Assembly: GCA_944388605.1 (NCBI GenBank)
Contig: CALXJJ010000003.1
Span: 3,091-67,090, forward strand
DNA length: 64,000 nucleotides
Source of the DNA: an uncultured Clostridia bacterium
GTDB taxonomy: Bacteria > Bacillota > Clostridia > TANB77 > CAG-508
Direction: 5' to 3'
Of the stretch, positions 51,783 to 62,720 are shown one piece after another (the stretch's first letter is position 1; the number at the start of each line of letters is the position of its first letter). The position numbers and the translations under genes were made by a program. A model generated the notes under the pieces. It made no database searches, was not told where the DNA came from, and saw only the letters and a program-made list of their open reading frames with translations.

Positions 51783-52859
51783 CTATAACATTACATTATC
51801 AAACACAAATTGTTCTTGCATTCTTTTTAAAGATTGTTTTATAGTTCTTGCTCTAATTTCACCTATTCCATCCACATCATCTAAAGCTTGTATATCTGCT
51901 ACTAATATATGTTGGAACGATTTAAAAGATTTTACTAGATTTACTACTATATTACTTGGCATTCTTGGAACTTTACTTAATATTCTGTATCCTCTTGTAT
52001 ATACTCCAACATCATCATAATTGTCAAAATCTTCATATCCTAATAATTTTGCTATTACTTGTGGTTTATTTAATTCCTCTAATTCTAACTGACTTATTTC
52101 TTCTAGCACCTTTTCTGTAGTGCGTTTTTTGCCTGTTGCAATATAATCTTTTATTATAAGTAGTTCCTCTTTTTCAAGTCCTCCAACTAATTCTTCTAAT
52201 TGCATTTCTACTAATCTTCCTTCTACTCCTAATTCATATATTGCTTTTTGCACTTCATTTACAACTTTCATTACCATCTCAGCTCTTTGAATAGCACTTA
52301 CTACATTTTCTAATGTAACTATATCATTAAATTCATATTCATTTAACAAACTTAATTTTCCATCAAATACTTTTTTATATTTTTCAACAGTTTGCAATGC
52401 TTGATTTGCTCTTGTTAATACTTTTGATGTATCTTCTAAAACATATCTGTAATTACCTTTAAATATTGTAATTATATTTCTCCTTTGAGATATACTTACA
52501 ACTAGTTCTCCTGTTTGTTTTGCTGTACGTTCTGCTGTTCTATGTCTTGTTCCAGTTTCTGCAGTTGAAATATCTGATGATGGAATAAGTTGTGCATTTG
52601 CATATAATATTTTCTTAAAATCTTTACTTAATATAATAGCACCATCCATTTTTGCTAATTCATATAATCTTGCAGGTGTATACTCTACATCTAAGCTAAA
52701 TCCACCATCTACTAAATCTAATACTTCTTTTGAATCACTAAATACTAATAGTCCCCCTGTTTTTGCCTTTAATATACTTTCTAATCCATCTCTTATAGCT
52801 GTTCCTGGTGCAATTAATTTTAAAACATCTGTAATAACATCGTTTTTACTATTTCTCAC
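51783..52859 (-). CDS. disA: DNA integrity scanning protein DisA (diadenylate cyclase)
   Basis: 358 aa; a DAC domain (DGAIIL...TGTRHRTAERTAKQTG) plus a C-terminal HhH domain, in radA-disA synteny. Confidence 0.9.
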   Translation of the reverse strand: MRNSKNDVITDVLKLIAPGTAIRDGLESILKAKTGGLLVFSDSKEVLDLVDGGFSLDVEYTPARLYELAKMDGAIILSKDFKKILYANAQLIPSSDISTAETGTRHRTAERTAKQTGELVVSISQRRNIITIFKGNYRYVLEDTSKVLTRANQALQTVEKYKKVFDGKLSLLNEYEFNDIVTLENVVSAIQRAEMVMKVVNEVQKAIYELGVEGRLVEMQLEELVGGLEKEELLIIKDYIATGKKRTTEKVLEEISQLELEELNKPQVIAKLLGYEDFDNYDDVGVYTRGYRILSKVPRMPSNIVVNLVKSFKSFQHILVADIQALDDVDGIGEIRARTIKQSLKRMQEQFVFDNVML

Positions 52860-52875
52860 AATCAGGCCTCCTTAC

Positions 52876-54228
52876 CTATAATCCCAATTTATTAATTGCT
52901 TCCCCTATATTTCTAACGCTTATTATATCTAATTTATACTTTTCTTTCAAGAGTTTTTTATTATTTTCTGGAATTATACATTTTTTAAATCCCATTTTTT
53001 CACATTCCTTCAATCTTTTATCTATCATATTAATAGTTCTTATCTCACCTGTTAACCCTATTTCTCCCATAGCTACAACATCTTTTGGTATGCTTTTATT
53101 TTTAAAACTAGAAACCAATGCTAATGCAACTCCTAAATCAACTGCTGGTTCTGTTATTTTTATTCCACTTACTACATTAACATAGGCATCTTGATTACTA
53201 ATTGACATTTTTGCATGTTTTTCAAGAACTGCTATTAATAATGTAACTTTATTATAATCAATTCCATTTGCCACTCTTCTTGGTACTCCATAAACTGCAA
53301 ATGATGTTAATGCTTGTATTTCTATAAGTAATGGCCTAGTACCTTCCATACTAGCAACTATTATTGAGCCTGCTGGATTATCTTCTCTTTCTGAAATTAA
53401 AATAGAGGATGGGTTTGTAATTTCCACCATTCCTTCGTTTTGCATTTCAAACATACCTATCTCGTTTGTTGAACCAAAACGATTTTTCACACTTCGTATT
53501 ACTCTATATGAAAAATATCTTTCTCCTTCTATGTATAAAACTGCATCTACCATATGTTCTAAAACTCTTGGTCCTGCTATATTTCCATCTTTAGTAACAT
53601 GTCCTATTATTATTGTGGTAATAGCATTTGCTTTACATATTCTCATTATCCTTGCTGTTATTTCTCTTACTTGGCTTACAGTACCAGCTACTGATGTAAT
53701 TTCACTACTATACATTGTCTGTATTGAATCTATAATAACAAGCTTAGGATTCATATTTAGAATATTTTCTTCTATTATATCAATATCTGTTTCTGCTAAA
53801 AACATTATATTTTCATTTTTTATTTTCATCCTATCTGCTCTTATTTTTACTTGTTCTGCAGATTCTTCTCCAGAAACATATAATACTTTTCCATTTCCTT
53901 CAATTTTATCACATACTTCTAATATTAAAGTTGATTTCCCTATGCCAGGTTCTCCACCGATTAAAATAAGTGAGCCTTTTACTATCCCACCTCCCAAAAC
54001 TCTATCTAATTCTCCTATTTTTGTGCTTGTTCTTGCAATTTCCTTTCCCTCAATATTATTAAGTAAAGTTGGAACAGATTTAACTTTACTACTTGCTGTT
54101 TTTGTTGTATTTACTACTTTTTCTTCGTAAAAACTATTCCATTCATTACATGCAGGACATTTTCCTAACCATTTTGCAGATTCGTACCCACACTGATTAC
54201 AAACAAACACAGTCTTTGTTTTTGCCAT
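52876..54228 (-). CDS. radA: DNA repair protein RadA/Sms
   Basis: N-terminal C4 zinc finger (CNQCGYESAKWLGKCPACNEW), a RecA-like ATPase (GGEPGIGKST), a KNRFG motif and a Lon-like C-terminal domain. Confidence 0.9.
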   Translation of the reverse strand: MAKTKTVFVCNQCGYESAKWLGKCPACNEWNSFYEEKVVNTTKTASSKVKSVPTLLNNIEGKEIARTSTKIGELDRVLGGGIVKGSLILIGGEPGIGKSTLILEVCDKIEGNGKVLYVSGEESAEQVKIRADRMKIKNENIMFLAETDIDIIEENILNMNPKLVIIDSIQTMYSSEITSVAGTVSQVREITARIMRICKANAITTIIIGHVTKDGNIAGPRVLEHMVDAVLYIEGERYFSYRVIRSVKNRFGSTNEIGMFEMQNEGMVEITNPSSILISEREDNPAGSIIVASMEGTRPLLIEIQALTSFAVYGVPRRVANGIDYNKVTLLIAVLEKHAKMSISNQDAYVNVVSGIKITEPAVDLGVALALVSSFKNKSIPKDVVAMGEIGLTGEIRTINMIDKRLKECEKMGFKKCIIPENNKKLLKEKYKLDIISVRNIGEAINKLGL

Positions 54229-54477
54229 TTTTAATAATTAGCCTCCTTTTTTTGTATAATTGTTCAAAATATTCTCCACTTTTATTATCATTTTATCTAA
54301 ATATATAATGTTCATCTTTTTAAGCATTAAAATTATAATTGTTTAATTTTGATAACATTATAACACAGTTTTTTAAACAATTCTAGTTTATCTGTAGCTT
54401 TTCTCTACTTTTTAATATTTGCAATATTAAATTAATATATGGTAAGAAAAGTATAAAATTATAATACAAAAAAATAC

Positions 54478-54665
54478 CCCACGTTTAAGCCGTAAGATGA
54501 ATGAAATTTTAAGGACCTGCTTGCACAGGTGGGTGTCTTGTTGAATGCTTATGGGCTTCTTACTACTAAATAGTGTAAGCTTGCACGCCACATTCAAAGT
54601 CGGACTCCCTTTTAATATTTGTTGGTTCTAAAATTCCAGTCTACACGCACTTCGTAGGGAAATTA
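54478..54665. ncRNA. unclassified GC-rich structured element (orphan ncRNA or leader candidate)
   Basis: ~45-50% GC in a ~27% GC background. Hairpins include CCTGcttgcaCAGG, CTTACta...taGTGTAAG and long-range GAATG...CATTC / GCCG...CGGA pairings. No ORF overlaps it, and the downstream gene has its own consensus promoter. Confidence 0.35.
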
Positions 54666-54794
54666 ATAACTTATTTAATTGTTGTTTATATATTAACATA
54701 TATAAAATATATTTTCAAGTCTTATTTTATCCATTTTATTTAATTATATTCGTTTTGTTCTATTTTTCTTATCCTTTTACTACTTTATTTAATT

Positions 54795-54823
54795 TTTTCA
54801 TTGTTTGATTTTTTATTAATTTT
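54795..54823 (+). promoter_or_regulatory. consensus-like sigma-A promoter (TTGATT - 17 nt - TATAAT) for the 54845 gene
   Basis: TTGATTttttattaattttatgcTATAAT. Confidence 0.5.
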
Positions 54824-54844
54824 ATGCTATAATATTTTTAATTA

Positions 54845-55705
54845 TTGAGTATAAGGAGATTACTTATGAAAAAAACAAATGATAACAATAATAACAAAAA
54901 AATTTATTTTAAAGAAATTGTAAAATCTATTTTTTTGTTGTTATTTTTTTTCGCTCTATGCTATATTATTTTTTCTGTAATAAACACACATATTTTAGCT
55001 AAAGATTTTGCTTATGATATGACTAATAAATATAATTTTTATTCTGAAAATATTTTTAGTATTGATAAAATATATTTTTTCAGTAGTGCAACTGCTGATA
55101 ATAATGAACAAAATAAAGCTTTATGGGATTTAAATATTCACCAATTTACAGATATAGCATTATATATTAATAATAACAATTCTCAGAATAATTTCACATC
55201 TGAAAATACAATCAACTCATTATCAATAGAAAACATTAATTTTAATAATATATCAATTGGAGAGCCAAATTTGTATTTTAAAAGTATAACTAATTTTGGC
55301 AAATATATTAAAGATGATAATAATTTAATAAACAATAATTTATCTTTTGAAATACTAGATAATACAAATGAAATAAATTATGAACTTCCTCAAATTCACA
55401 ATACATGTGATGAACCAATTACCTTATCATATATCAATTCAAGTATAGTAAAAAATAAAATCATTACAGATATTTCTGAACCTTTAACTTTCAATGGTAG
55501 CTTATTGAAAAAATCTGGAATTACTATTTCAAGTATATCTGGGGTTGTATCTTTTGATATTCGTATTAAAACAAATTCTAACAAAACATTTGTTGCTAAT
55601 GTATATTTTAGTGTTCCTCTTGGACAAAATGATTCTAATAATGTTTATTCAGGTCAGTATATATATGAAACTAATCCTAATATTCGTTTTATAAGACAAG
55701 AATAA
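54845..55705 (+). CDS. hypothetical Asn-rich membrane-anchored protein
   Basis: 286 aa; an N-terminal signal anchor (IFLLLFFFALCYIIFSVI), then an N/S/T-rich ectodomain. No recognisable domain. Confidence 0.5.
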   Translation: MSIRRLLMKKTNDNNNNKKIYFKEIVKSIFLLLFFFALCYIIFSVINTHILAKDFAYDMTNKYNFYSENIFSIDKIYFFSSATADNNEQNKALWDLNIHQFTDIALYINNNNSQNNFTSENTINSLSIENINFNNISIGEPNLYFKSITNFGKYIKDDNNLINNNLSFEILDNTNEINYELPQIHNTCDEPITLSYINSSIVKNKIITDISEPLTFNGSLLKKSGITISSISGVVSFDIRIKTNSNKTFVANVYFSVPLGQNDSNNVYSGQYIYETNPNIRFIRQE

Positions 55706-55732
55706 AGACAGATAATAAATAATTTTCTGTCT

Positions 55733-56629
55733 TTATTCTTTTAAAATTATATCCCTTTTTATAAATCCATTTTCCATTATTCCTGTTCCTATAAAAATTT
55801 TTCTACTATATATTTTATATACTCCATCTACACTCTTTTCTGCTAAAATTCCTTTTTCTTTATAGTTTAACTTTACACCATTTAATAAAAGTTTTATCTT
55901 ATTTTCATTCATATACACTGAATATTTATCATTAAAAAACTCTTCTATACTTATAATGTGATTTTCTATTTCACTTAAATTTTCTATTGCTTGTTCTATA
56001 CTAAATTTTCCAACTGTTAATCTTCGCAATTCTTTCATATAGCCAATAGTTCCTAGTTTTACTGCTATATCTTCACATAATGACCTAATATATGTACCTT
56101 TTGAGCAATGAACTTTAAATACTATTATTTCATTGTATTCATCTATTTGTTTTAATTCTATACTATATATTTCAATATTTCTCTTTTTATCAGCAATATT
56201 TATTTTTTGATTTTTTCTTGCATACTCATATAATTTCTTACCATTTATTTTTAATGCAGAGTAAATTGGTGGTATTTGTTCTTGTACACCTATAAAACTA
56301 TTTAAAATACTAATTACATTTTTTTGTTTAAATATTTCTTTACTAACCGTTTTTTCTTCTAAAATCCTACCTTCACTATCCATAGTATCTGTTTTTATTC
56401 CTAGCTGTAATGTAGCAATATATGTTTTATCATGCTCTATTAAATATTTACTCAATTTAGTACCTTTATTTATTAATAATGGTAATAATCCTGTTGCATT
56501 CGGATCTAAAGTTCCTGTATGTCCTACTGTTTTTGTATTTAAAATTTTTTTTACTTTTCTTACAATATCATAAGAAGTAACTCCTTTAGGTTTATCAACT
56601 AATAAAATTCCATCCATACTTAATAGCAT
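55733..56629 (-). CDS. truB: tRNA pseudouridine(55) synthase
   Basis: 298 aa; the catalytic Asp motif (GHTGTLDPNATGLL). Confidence 0.9.
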   Translation of the reverse strand: MLLSMDGILLVDKPKGVTSYDIVRKVKKILNTKTVGHTGTLDPNATGLLPLLINKGTKLSKYLIEHDKTYIATLQLGIKTDTMDSEGRILEEKTVSKEIFKQKNVISILNSFIGVQEQIPPIYSALKINGKKLYEYARKNQKINIADKKRNIEIYSIELKQIDEYNEIIVFKVHCSKGTYIRSLCEDIAVKLGTIGYMKELRRLTVGKFSIEQAIENLSEIENHIISIEEFFNDKYSVYMNENKIKLLLNGVKLNYKEKGILAEKSVDGVYKIYSRKIFIGTGIMENGFIKRDIILKE

Positions 56630-56632
56630 TCC

Positions 56633-57589
56633 TTATTTTAATTGTAATTTAATTTGGGTTACTAATTTTTCTTTTATTTGATTAATATCTCCCTGCATCA
56701 TACATCCTGCTGCTTTTGTGTGACCTCCACCACCATATATTAGACACACATCAGATACATTAACATAATCATTTGATCTTAAAGATGCTTTTATTCCTTT
56801 ATCAGTATCTCTTAGGAAAATAGAAACTTCTACTCCTTCAACACTTCTACCTATTTCAACAATACCTTCATGATCTCCACTTTTTGCTTCATATTTTTCT
56901 TCATCCTCTTTTGTTATATATGTAAAGGCAATTTTTCCATCACATAAAAATTCTATTCTATCTATAGCTATTCTTGTCAATTCAAAATTTGCTCTCGTTT
57001 TTGTATTCATAGCTTTTTTATATATGTCTGATACTAATACCCCTTTATTCAATAACCATGCAACAAATTCAAATGTCTCTGCTGTAACACTAGAATATTG
57101 GAATCCACCAGTATCTGTAATTATGCCAGTTAATATACAAGTTCCTATATCCTTTGTTACTTCCATTCTCCAACTTTCTAATAAAACTAATATTACTTGT
57201 GTGCAAGATGGAGCATTTGGAATTACATAATTATAATCTCCAAACATTGTATTTGTACTATGATGATCAATAACAACTTTAGATTTTGCATTTTCAAAAT
57301 ATTTTCCAAAACCATTAAGCATTTTTATTGTTGCTGAATCAACTGAAATAGCTAAATCATATTGTTTAATATCAGATTCTACTTTTATATTATTTATTTC
57401 TGGTAAAAATTCAAATGTTTTTGAATATTCTGGTATTATTATATCGGGATTTTTTCCATAATTTTTTAGTGCTATATACATAGCAATAGCACTACCCATT
57501 GCATCTCCATCTGGGTTTTCATGAGTCAGTATAATGATAGAATTAGCCTTATCTATCTCTTCTAATATTTTATCCATTGTCATATACAT
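56633..57589 (-). CDS. nrnA: DHH/DHHA1 family bifunctional oligoribonuclease / pAp phosphatase
   Basis: 318 aa; the DHH motif region (HENPDGDAMGS; VIDHH) and DHHA1 (GGGGH). Confidence 0.8.
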   Translation of the reverse strand: MYMTMDKILEEIDKANSIIILTHENPDGDAMGSAIAMYIALKNYGKNPDIIIPEYSKTFEFLPEINNIKVESDIKQYDLAISVDSATIKMLNGFGKYFENAKSKVVIDHHSTNTMFGDYNYVIPNAPSCTQVILVLLESWRMEVTKDIGTCILTGIITDTGGFQYSSVTAETFEFVAWLLNKGVLVSDIYKKAMNTKTRANFELTRIAIDRIEFLCDGKIAFTYITKEDEEKYEAKSGDHEGIVEIGRSVEGVEVSIFLRDTDKGIKASLRSNDYVNVSDVCLIYGGGGHTKAAGCMMQGDINQIKEKLVTQIKLQLK

Positions 57590-57594
57590 TCCCC

Positions 57595-57960
57595 CTATTC
57601 TTCACTTTTTTTCAAGTCTTCTATAACTTTTTCTATTCTTGCTCCATATTCCATAGAATCATCTTTTTCAAATATTAGTTCTGGTGTGATTCTTAAATTT
57701 ATTCTTTTTGCTATTAAAGTTCTTACAAAACCTGCAGATCTCTTCAAAGTATCTATAGTATCTTTTTCACTCTTTGAATTCAAAATACTAACATATACTT
57801 TTGCATATTTTAAATCTGGAGTAATTTTTACTTTAGTTACACTTATTAATCCTGTTAGATTAGGATCTTTTATTTCATAACTAATTATTTGACTTAATTC
57901 TTTTCTAAGCTCTTCATCAATACGTCCTAGCCTAGCTTGGTTTTTCCCCATATTAATCAC
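57595..57960 (-). CDS. rbfA: ribosome-binding factor A
   Basis: 121 aa, in infB-rbfA synteny. Confidence 0.9.
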   Translation of the reverse strand: MINMGKNQARLGRIDEELRKELSQIISYEIKDPNLTGLISVTKVKITPDLKYAKVYVSILNSKSEKDTIDTLKRSAGFVRTLIAKRINLRITPELIFEKDDSMEYGARIEKVIEDLKKSEE

Positions 57961-58080
57961 ATTTCCTTCCTTTTTAATTTTTTGTTAATTGTGTTCAATG
58001 TTAGAGCATAGTGAATTTTAATATTAGAAACAAAATTGCGGATATTAACTATATATTTTATCCGCATTTTGTTAATTAAT

Positions 58081-60996
58081 TTATTTTTTTACTTCTTCCA
58101 TAACAAATACTTCTATGATGTCTCCTTCTTTTATATCATTATAATTTTCTATTTGCATACCACATTCAAAACCTTTGGTTACTTCTTTTACATCATCTTT
58201 AAATCTTTTTAATGACGCCAATTTTCCTTCATGAATAACTACATCATCTCTTATTACTCTTACTTCTGCATTTCTTTCTACTTTTCCAGAAAGTACATAA
58301 CCACCTGCTATTGTTCCTACATTTGAAACTTTAAATACTTGTCTAATTTCAACATTTCCAATAACTTTTTCTTCAAACACAGGATCTAAAAGTCCTTTCA
58401 TTGCAAGTTTTATGTCTTCTAATGCTTGATATATAACTGAATATTGTTTAATTTCAACATTTTCTTTTTCGGCAACTTCTTTAGCTATTGAAACAGGTCT
58501 TACATTAAATGCTAATATTATTGCATTTGCAACATTTGCCAAATTTACATCAGACTCATTTACTGCCCCTACAGCTGCATGTATTACTTTTACTCTTACT
58601 GATTCATCTGATAATTTTTCAATAGATTGTTTTAAAGCTTCTGCTGTTCCTTGTACATCTGCTTTAACTATAATATTTAATTGTTTAATATTTCCTTGTT
58701 CCATTTGACTAAATAGATTATCTAATGTAACTTTATTTATATTATTTATTGATTTCTCTCTTTGAGTTCTTTTTCTTCTTTCTATTAGATGTTTTGCCAT
58801 TTTTTCATTCTTTACTTCATAGAATGTATCTCCTGCTTCTGGCACTTCTGTTAATCCCATAATTTCAACTGGAGTCGATGGACCTGCACTTTTTACTTTT
58901 TGACCCTTATCATTTTTCATAGCTCTTATTCTACCAATTGCAGACCCTACTACTATTGTATCTCCTACATCTAATTTTCCTCTTTGAACTAACATTGATG
59001 CAATTGGTCCTCTTGATTTGTCAAGTCTTGCTTCTATTACAACACCTTTTGCTTGCTTATTTGGATTTACTTTTAAATCTTGCATATCTGCTACTAATAG
59101 TACCATTTCTAATAAATTTTCTATATTAATATGTTTTTTAGCAGAAATTGGAACAAATATAGTATCTCCTCCCCATTCTTCTGGAACTAAATCATATTTC
59201 ATTAATTCTTGTTTTATTTTTTCTACATCTGCTCCTGGGAGATCTATTTTATTCACTGCTACTATTATTGGTATTTCTGCTGCTTTTGCATGATTTATAG
59301 CTTCTACTGTTTGTGGCATAACACCATCATCTGCTGCTACAACTAAAATAGCAATATCTGTTATTTGTGCTCCTCTTGCTCTCATTGATGTAAATGCTTC
59401 ATGTCCAGGAGTATCTAAAAATGTTATTTCTCTTCCATTTACATTTACTTTATATGCACCAATATGTTGTGTAATACCTCCTGCTTCTCCTTCTATTACA
59501 TTTGTACTTCTTACTGCATCAAGAAGTGAAGTCTTACCATGGTCAACATGCCCCATTACTACTACTACTGGTGGTCTAGCAACTAATTCTTCCTCTTTAT
59601 CTTCAGATTCATCAAACAATATATCTTCTTCTTTTACAACCTCTTTTTTGTGTGCTGTAACTCCAAATTCCTCTGCTACTAAAAATGCTGTATCAAAATC
59701 TATTTCATTATTTATAGTAGCCATTACTCCATATCCTAATAATTTTTTTATTACTTCACTGCTAGTCTTTTTCAATTCTGTTGCTAAATCTTTTACTGTT
59801 ATAGTTTCTGGTATGGTTATTTCAGTTAATTTAAATATTTTTTGTTTGTTTCTTTCTTCATTATTTTTTTGCTTTTTCTTAGAACGTCTTCCTCTTTCTG
59901 TTGTCAAATCATAATAATCTAACATTCCACCTTCTTGATCATCAAACATATGTGACAATTTATCTACTTGTTTCAAATTTTTTAGTTTTCCTTCATCTAC
60001 TTCATCAAATCTTCCGTTTTTTCTGCCTCTATTAGTTTTCTTTGCCTTTTCTTCATACATCCTATTATTTTTTTCTTTATCTATAGCTCTTGTACTAAAA
60101 TCTCTTTGATTTTCTCTTTCTGGCATATCTGCAGACATTATATTCTTTATATTTTTGTCTATTCCTTTTTCATCTAATGGTCTATTTTTACTATATCCAT
60201 TTTTATTATTTCCATAGTTATTATTTCTATTAAAATTGCGTTGTCCATTTTGATTATTATCTTGTCTATTTCTATTATACCCTTGATTTTGATTATTTTT
60301 ATGGAAATTATTTTTTTGCCCATTTTGTTGATTATTTTGGTAATTATTATAACGGCTCTTATTTTGATTACTTTGATTTTTGTTAAACCTATTATTATTA
60401 TTATATCCATTATTTTGATTATTATTTCTGTTATTAACTAGTTTATTTTCTTTTTTCTCAACTTCTTGCTTTTCCACTTCTTTTTTATTTTCTTCTATAC
60501 TATTCTTTATTTCATCTTCTGCTTTTACTTCTTTTAGTTCATTTTTATTAATTTTCACTTTATCCTCTTTCTCATCTTTTTTATTTATTCCAAATAGTTC
60601 GTCAACTGTTAGTGGTTTTGCTGTCCTATTTCTATAAACTATATTGAAATCTTTATTTTTACTTCTCTCTACAAAACCTACATTTTCTCTTCTTTTGTTT
60701 TCTTGTTGTTTCTTTTCTTCTTGTTTATTCTCATCAGCAATAATTACTTCTCTACGAATTATAACTGGCGCTTCTTTTTTTATTTCTTTTTTCTTCTTAG
60801 GTTCTTCTTCTTTTACTTTTCCAATATTTTTATATAATTTTCTTATTTGGTTTGCTTGCTCTTCTTCTACACCACTTAAATGGCTTTTTACCTCAAAACC
60901 TAATTCTTGTGCTTTTTCTAATATTTCTTTACTGGTTAAGCCTAATTCTTTCGCTATTTCATGTATTTTAATCTTACCCAATAACTTCACCCCCAC
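58081..60996 (-). CDS. infB: translation initiation factor IF-2, with a long Asn/Gln-rich low-complexity N-terminal insert
   Basis: 971 aa; the G domain ([16 protein letters not shown]) and C-terminal domains are canonical. Residues ~180-270 read [81 protein letters not shown]. Confidence 0.95.
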   Translation of the reverse strand: MGVKLLGKIKIHEIAKELGLTSKEILEKAQELGFEVKSHLSGVEEEQANQIRKLYKNIGKVKEEEPKKKKEIKKEAPVIIRREVIIADENKQEEKKQQENKRRENVGFVERSKNKDFNIVYRNRTAKPLTVDELFGINKKDEKEDKVKINKNELKEVKAEDEIKNSIEENKKEVEKQEVEKKENKLVNNRNNNQNNGYNNNNRFNKNQSNQNKSRYNNYQNNQQNGQKNNFHKNNQNQGYNRNRQDNNQNGQRNFNRNNNYGNNKNGYSKNRPLDEKGIDKNIKNIMSADMPERENQRDFSTRAIDKEKNNRMYEEKAKKTNRGRKNGRFDEVDEGKLKNLKQVDKLSHMFDDQEGGMLDYYDLTTERGRRSKKKQKNNEERNKQKIFKLTEITIPETITVKDLATELKKTSSEVIKKLLGYGVMATINNEIDFDTAFLVAEEFGVTAHKKEVVKEEDILFDESEDKEEELVARPPVVVVMGHVDHGKTSLLDAVRSTNVIEGEAGGITQHIGAYKVNVNGREITFLDTPGHEAFTSMRARGAQITDIAILVVAADDGVMPQTVEAINHAKAAEIPIIVAVNKIDLPGADVEKIKQELMKYDLVPEEWGGDTIFVPISAKKHINIENLLEMVLLVADMQDLKVNPNKQAKGVVIEARLDKSRGPIASMLVQRGKLDVGDTIVVGSAIGRIRAMKNDKGQKVKSAGPSTPVEIMGLTEVPEAGDTFYEVKNEKMAKHLIERRKRTQREKSINNINKVTLDNLFSQMEQGNIKQLNIIVKADVQGTAEALKQSIEKLSDESVRVKVIHAAVGAVNESDVNLANVANAIILAFNVRPVSIAKEVAEKENVEIKQYSVIYQALEDIKLAMKGLLDPVFEEKVIGNVEIRQVFKVSNVGTIAGGYVLSGKVERNAEVRVIRDDVVIHEGKLASLKRFKDDVKEVTKGFECGMQIENYNDIKEGDIIEVFVMEEVKK

Positions 60997-61291
60997 TAAT
61001 TAATTCTTGTATTTTTCTTGAAAAATTAACATCTGTAATTCCCACCATTTTCTTATTTTTCTTTCCTATTGATAAACTTATTTCTTCCATATTAGAATAC
61101 TCAATATATTGAACATTATTTATATTACATAAAAACTTGATATTTGACTTAGTCTTTTCTGATGCATCTTTAGCTATTATTAAAAGATATATTTTCTTTT
61201 TACTTATATATTGTTTGCATGCTTCATATCCAAATACAATCTTACCTGCTTTTGTAGCTAATCCCATCATTCCTAATACTTTATTTGTCAA
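60974..61291 (-). CDS. ylxQ: L7Ae-family RNA-binding protein YlxQ
   Basis: 105 aa; [18 protein letters not shown], between ylxR and infB. Confidence 0.8.
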   Translation of the reverse strand: MTNKVLGMMGLATKAGKIVFGYEACKQYISKKKIYLLIIAKDASEKTKSNIKFLCNINNVQYIEYSNMEEISLSIGKKNKKMVGITDVNFSRKIQELISGGEVIG

Positions 61292-61550
61292 TTATTACAC
61301 CTCTCAAATTTTCATATATTTCTTCACTTATTTTAGTTTCAAAAGTTCGTTCCAATCTTTTTGTTTTAATTGCTTTTTCTAAACATTCTACATTATCGCA
61401 AATATATGCTCCTCTTCCATTAGCTTTACCTGTTCTATCTATAAAAATTTGGCTTTCTTTATTTTTTACAATCCTTATTAAATCTTTTTTATCTTTTTTT
61501 TCATTGCACCCTATACATGTTCTTTGAGGTATTTTTCTCAAGCTTTTCAC
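61281..61550 (-). CDS. ylxR: YlxR / RnpM family (DUF448) RNA-binding protein
   Basis: 89 aa; RTCIGCNEKKDKKDLIRIV...GRGAYIC, in the nusA-ylxR-ylxQ-infB order. Confidence 0.8.
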   Translation of the reverse strand: MKSLRKIPQRTCIGCNEKKDKKDLIRIVKNKESQIFIDRTGKANGRGAYICDNVECLEKAIKTKRLERTFETKISEEIYENLRGVIIDK

Positions 61551-61562
61551 TCCCCTTAATTA

Positions 61563-62720
61563 TTATTCTTCTTCAAGTTTGTCTTCAGAATTATTTTTTC
61601 TTTCTTCTAATAATTTTCTAAATTGAGTTTCACTTTTAATATCAATTTTCCAATTAGTTAATTTTGCAGCTAGTCTTGCATTTTGTCCTGATTTACCAAT
61701 TGCTAAAGATAATTGGTCATCTGGAACTATTACTTGTGCAAATTTTTCATTTTCTTTAATATCTACTGCTAGAACCTTTGCTGGAAGTAATGCTTCTGAT
61801 ATATATATACTAGGATCACTATTCCACTCTATTACATCTATTTTTTCTCCTGATAATTCATTTATAATATTTTGTATTCTTATTCCTTTTTGCCCAACAC
61901 ATGAACCTACAGGATCTATATTTTCATCTGGTGAATAAACTGCTACTTTACTTCTATATCCTGGATCTCTTGCTATACTCTTTATTTCAATTACACCTTC
62001 ATAAATTTCTGGTATTTCCAATTCAAATAATTTCCTTACAAAATCATTTGCAGTTCTTGATACCATAACTTGTGGTGAACCTTTAAGTCCTTTTTCTACA
62101 TCTAATACATATGCTCTTATTTTATCATTTACATGATATTTTTCTGTTGGCATTTGTTCTTTCTGAGGCATTATTCCTTCTAGTCTCCCTAAATCTATTA
62201 CCACTATATTACCATCTGCTTTTTGTACAATACCAGAAACTATTTCACCTTTTCTTTCATTAAATTCATTATATAGAAAATTTCTTGAAGCTTCTCTTAT
62301 TTTTTGTATAATAACTTGTTTAGCTGTTCCTGCAGCAATTCTTCCAAAATCCCTTGGTATTATTTCTATTTGAACAATATCTCCAACTTCATATTTTTTA
62401 TCTATTTCTTTTGCTTCTTTTAAAGAAATTTGTACTTTTTCATCTGTCAATTCATCTACAACTTCTTTTTCAGCATAAACATGTATCTCACCTGTTCCTC
62501 TATCCATTACAACTTTTACATTATCTGCTGTAGAATCAAAATTTCTTTTATATGCTGTAATCAGTGCTGTTTCTATGGTTTGTAACATTTCTTCTTTATC
62601 AACACCGTTTTCTTTTTCTAAATCATCAATTGCTTCAATTAATTCTTTATAATTTATTAACTTGCTAGTCACCTTATTTTCCTTTTTTTTCATTTTTTCA
62701 TCATTCCCTTCTTTTACCAA
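61563..62720 (-). CDS. nusA: transcription termination/antitermination factor NusA
   Basis: 385 aa; N-terminal domain, S1 and KH1/KH2. Confidence 0.9.
   Translation of the reverse strand: MVKEGNDEKMKKKENKVTSKLINYKELIEAIDDLEKENGVDKEEMLQTIETALITAYKRNFDSTADNVKVVMDRGTGEIHVYAEKEVVDELTDEKVQISLKEAKEIDKKYEVGDIVQIEIIPRDFGRIAAGTAKQVIIQKIREASRNFLYNEFNERKGEIVSGIVQKADGNIVVIDLGRLEGIMPQKEQMPTEKYHVNDKIRAYVLDVEKGLKGSPQVMVSRTANDFVRKLFELEIPEIYEGVIEIKSIARDPGYRSKVAVYSPDENIDPVGSCVGQKGIRIQNIINELSGEKIDVIEWNSDPSIYISEALLPAKVLAVDIKENEKFAQVIVPDDQLSLAIGKSGQNARLAAKLTNWKIDIKSETQFRKLLEERKNNSEDKLEEE

Noticed and set aside
60174-60441. Long ORFs on both strands rich in Ile/Leu/Lys (track ORFs 60174-60410 minus and 60241-60441 plus)
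   Set aside because: They lie inside infB and are produced by the AAT/AAC-rich repeat encoding the Asn/Gln-rich IF-2 insert. They have no RBS and a nonsense low-complexity translation.
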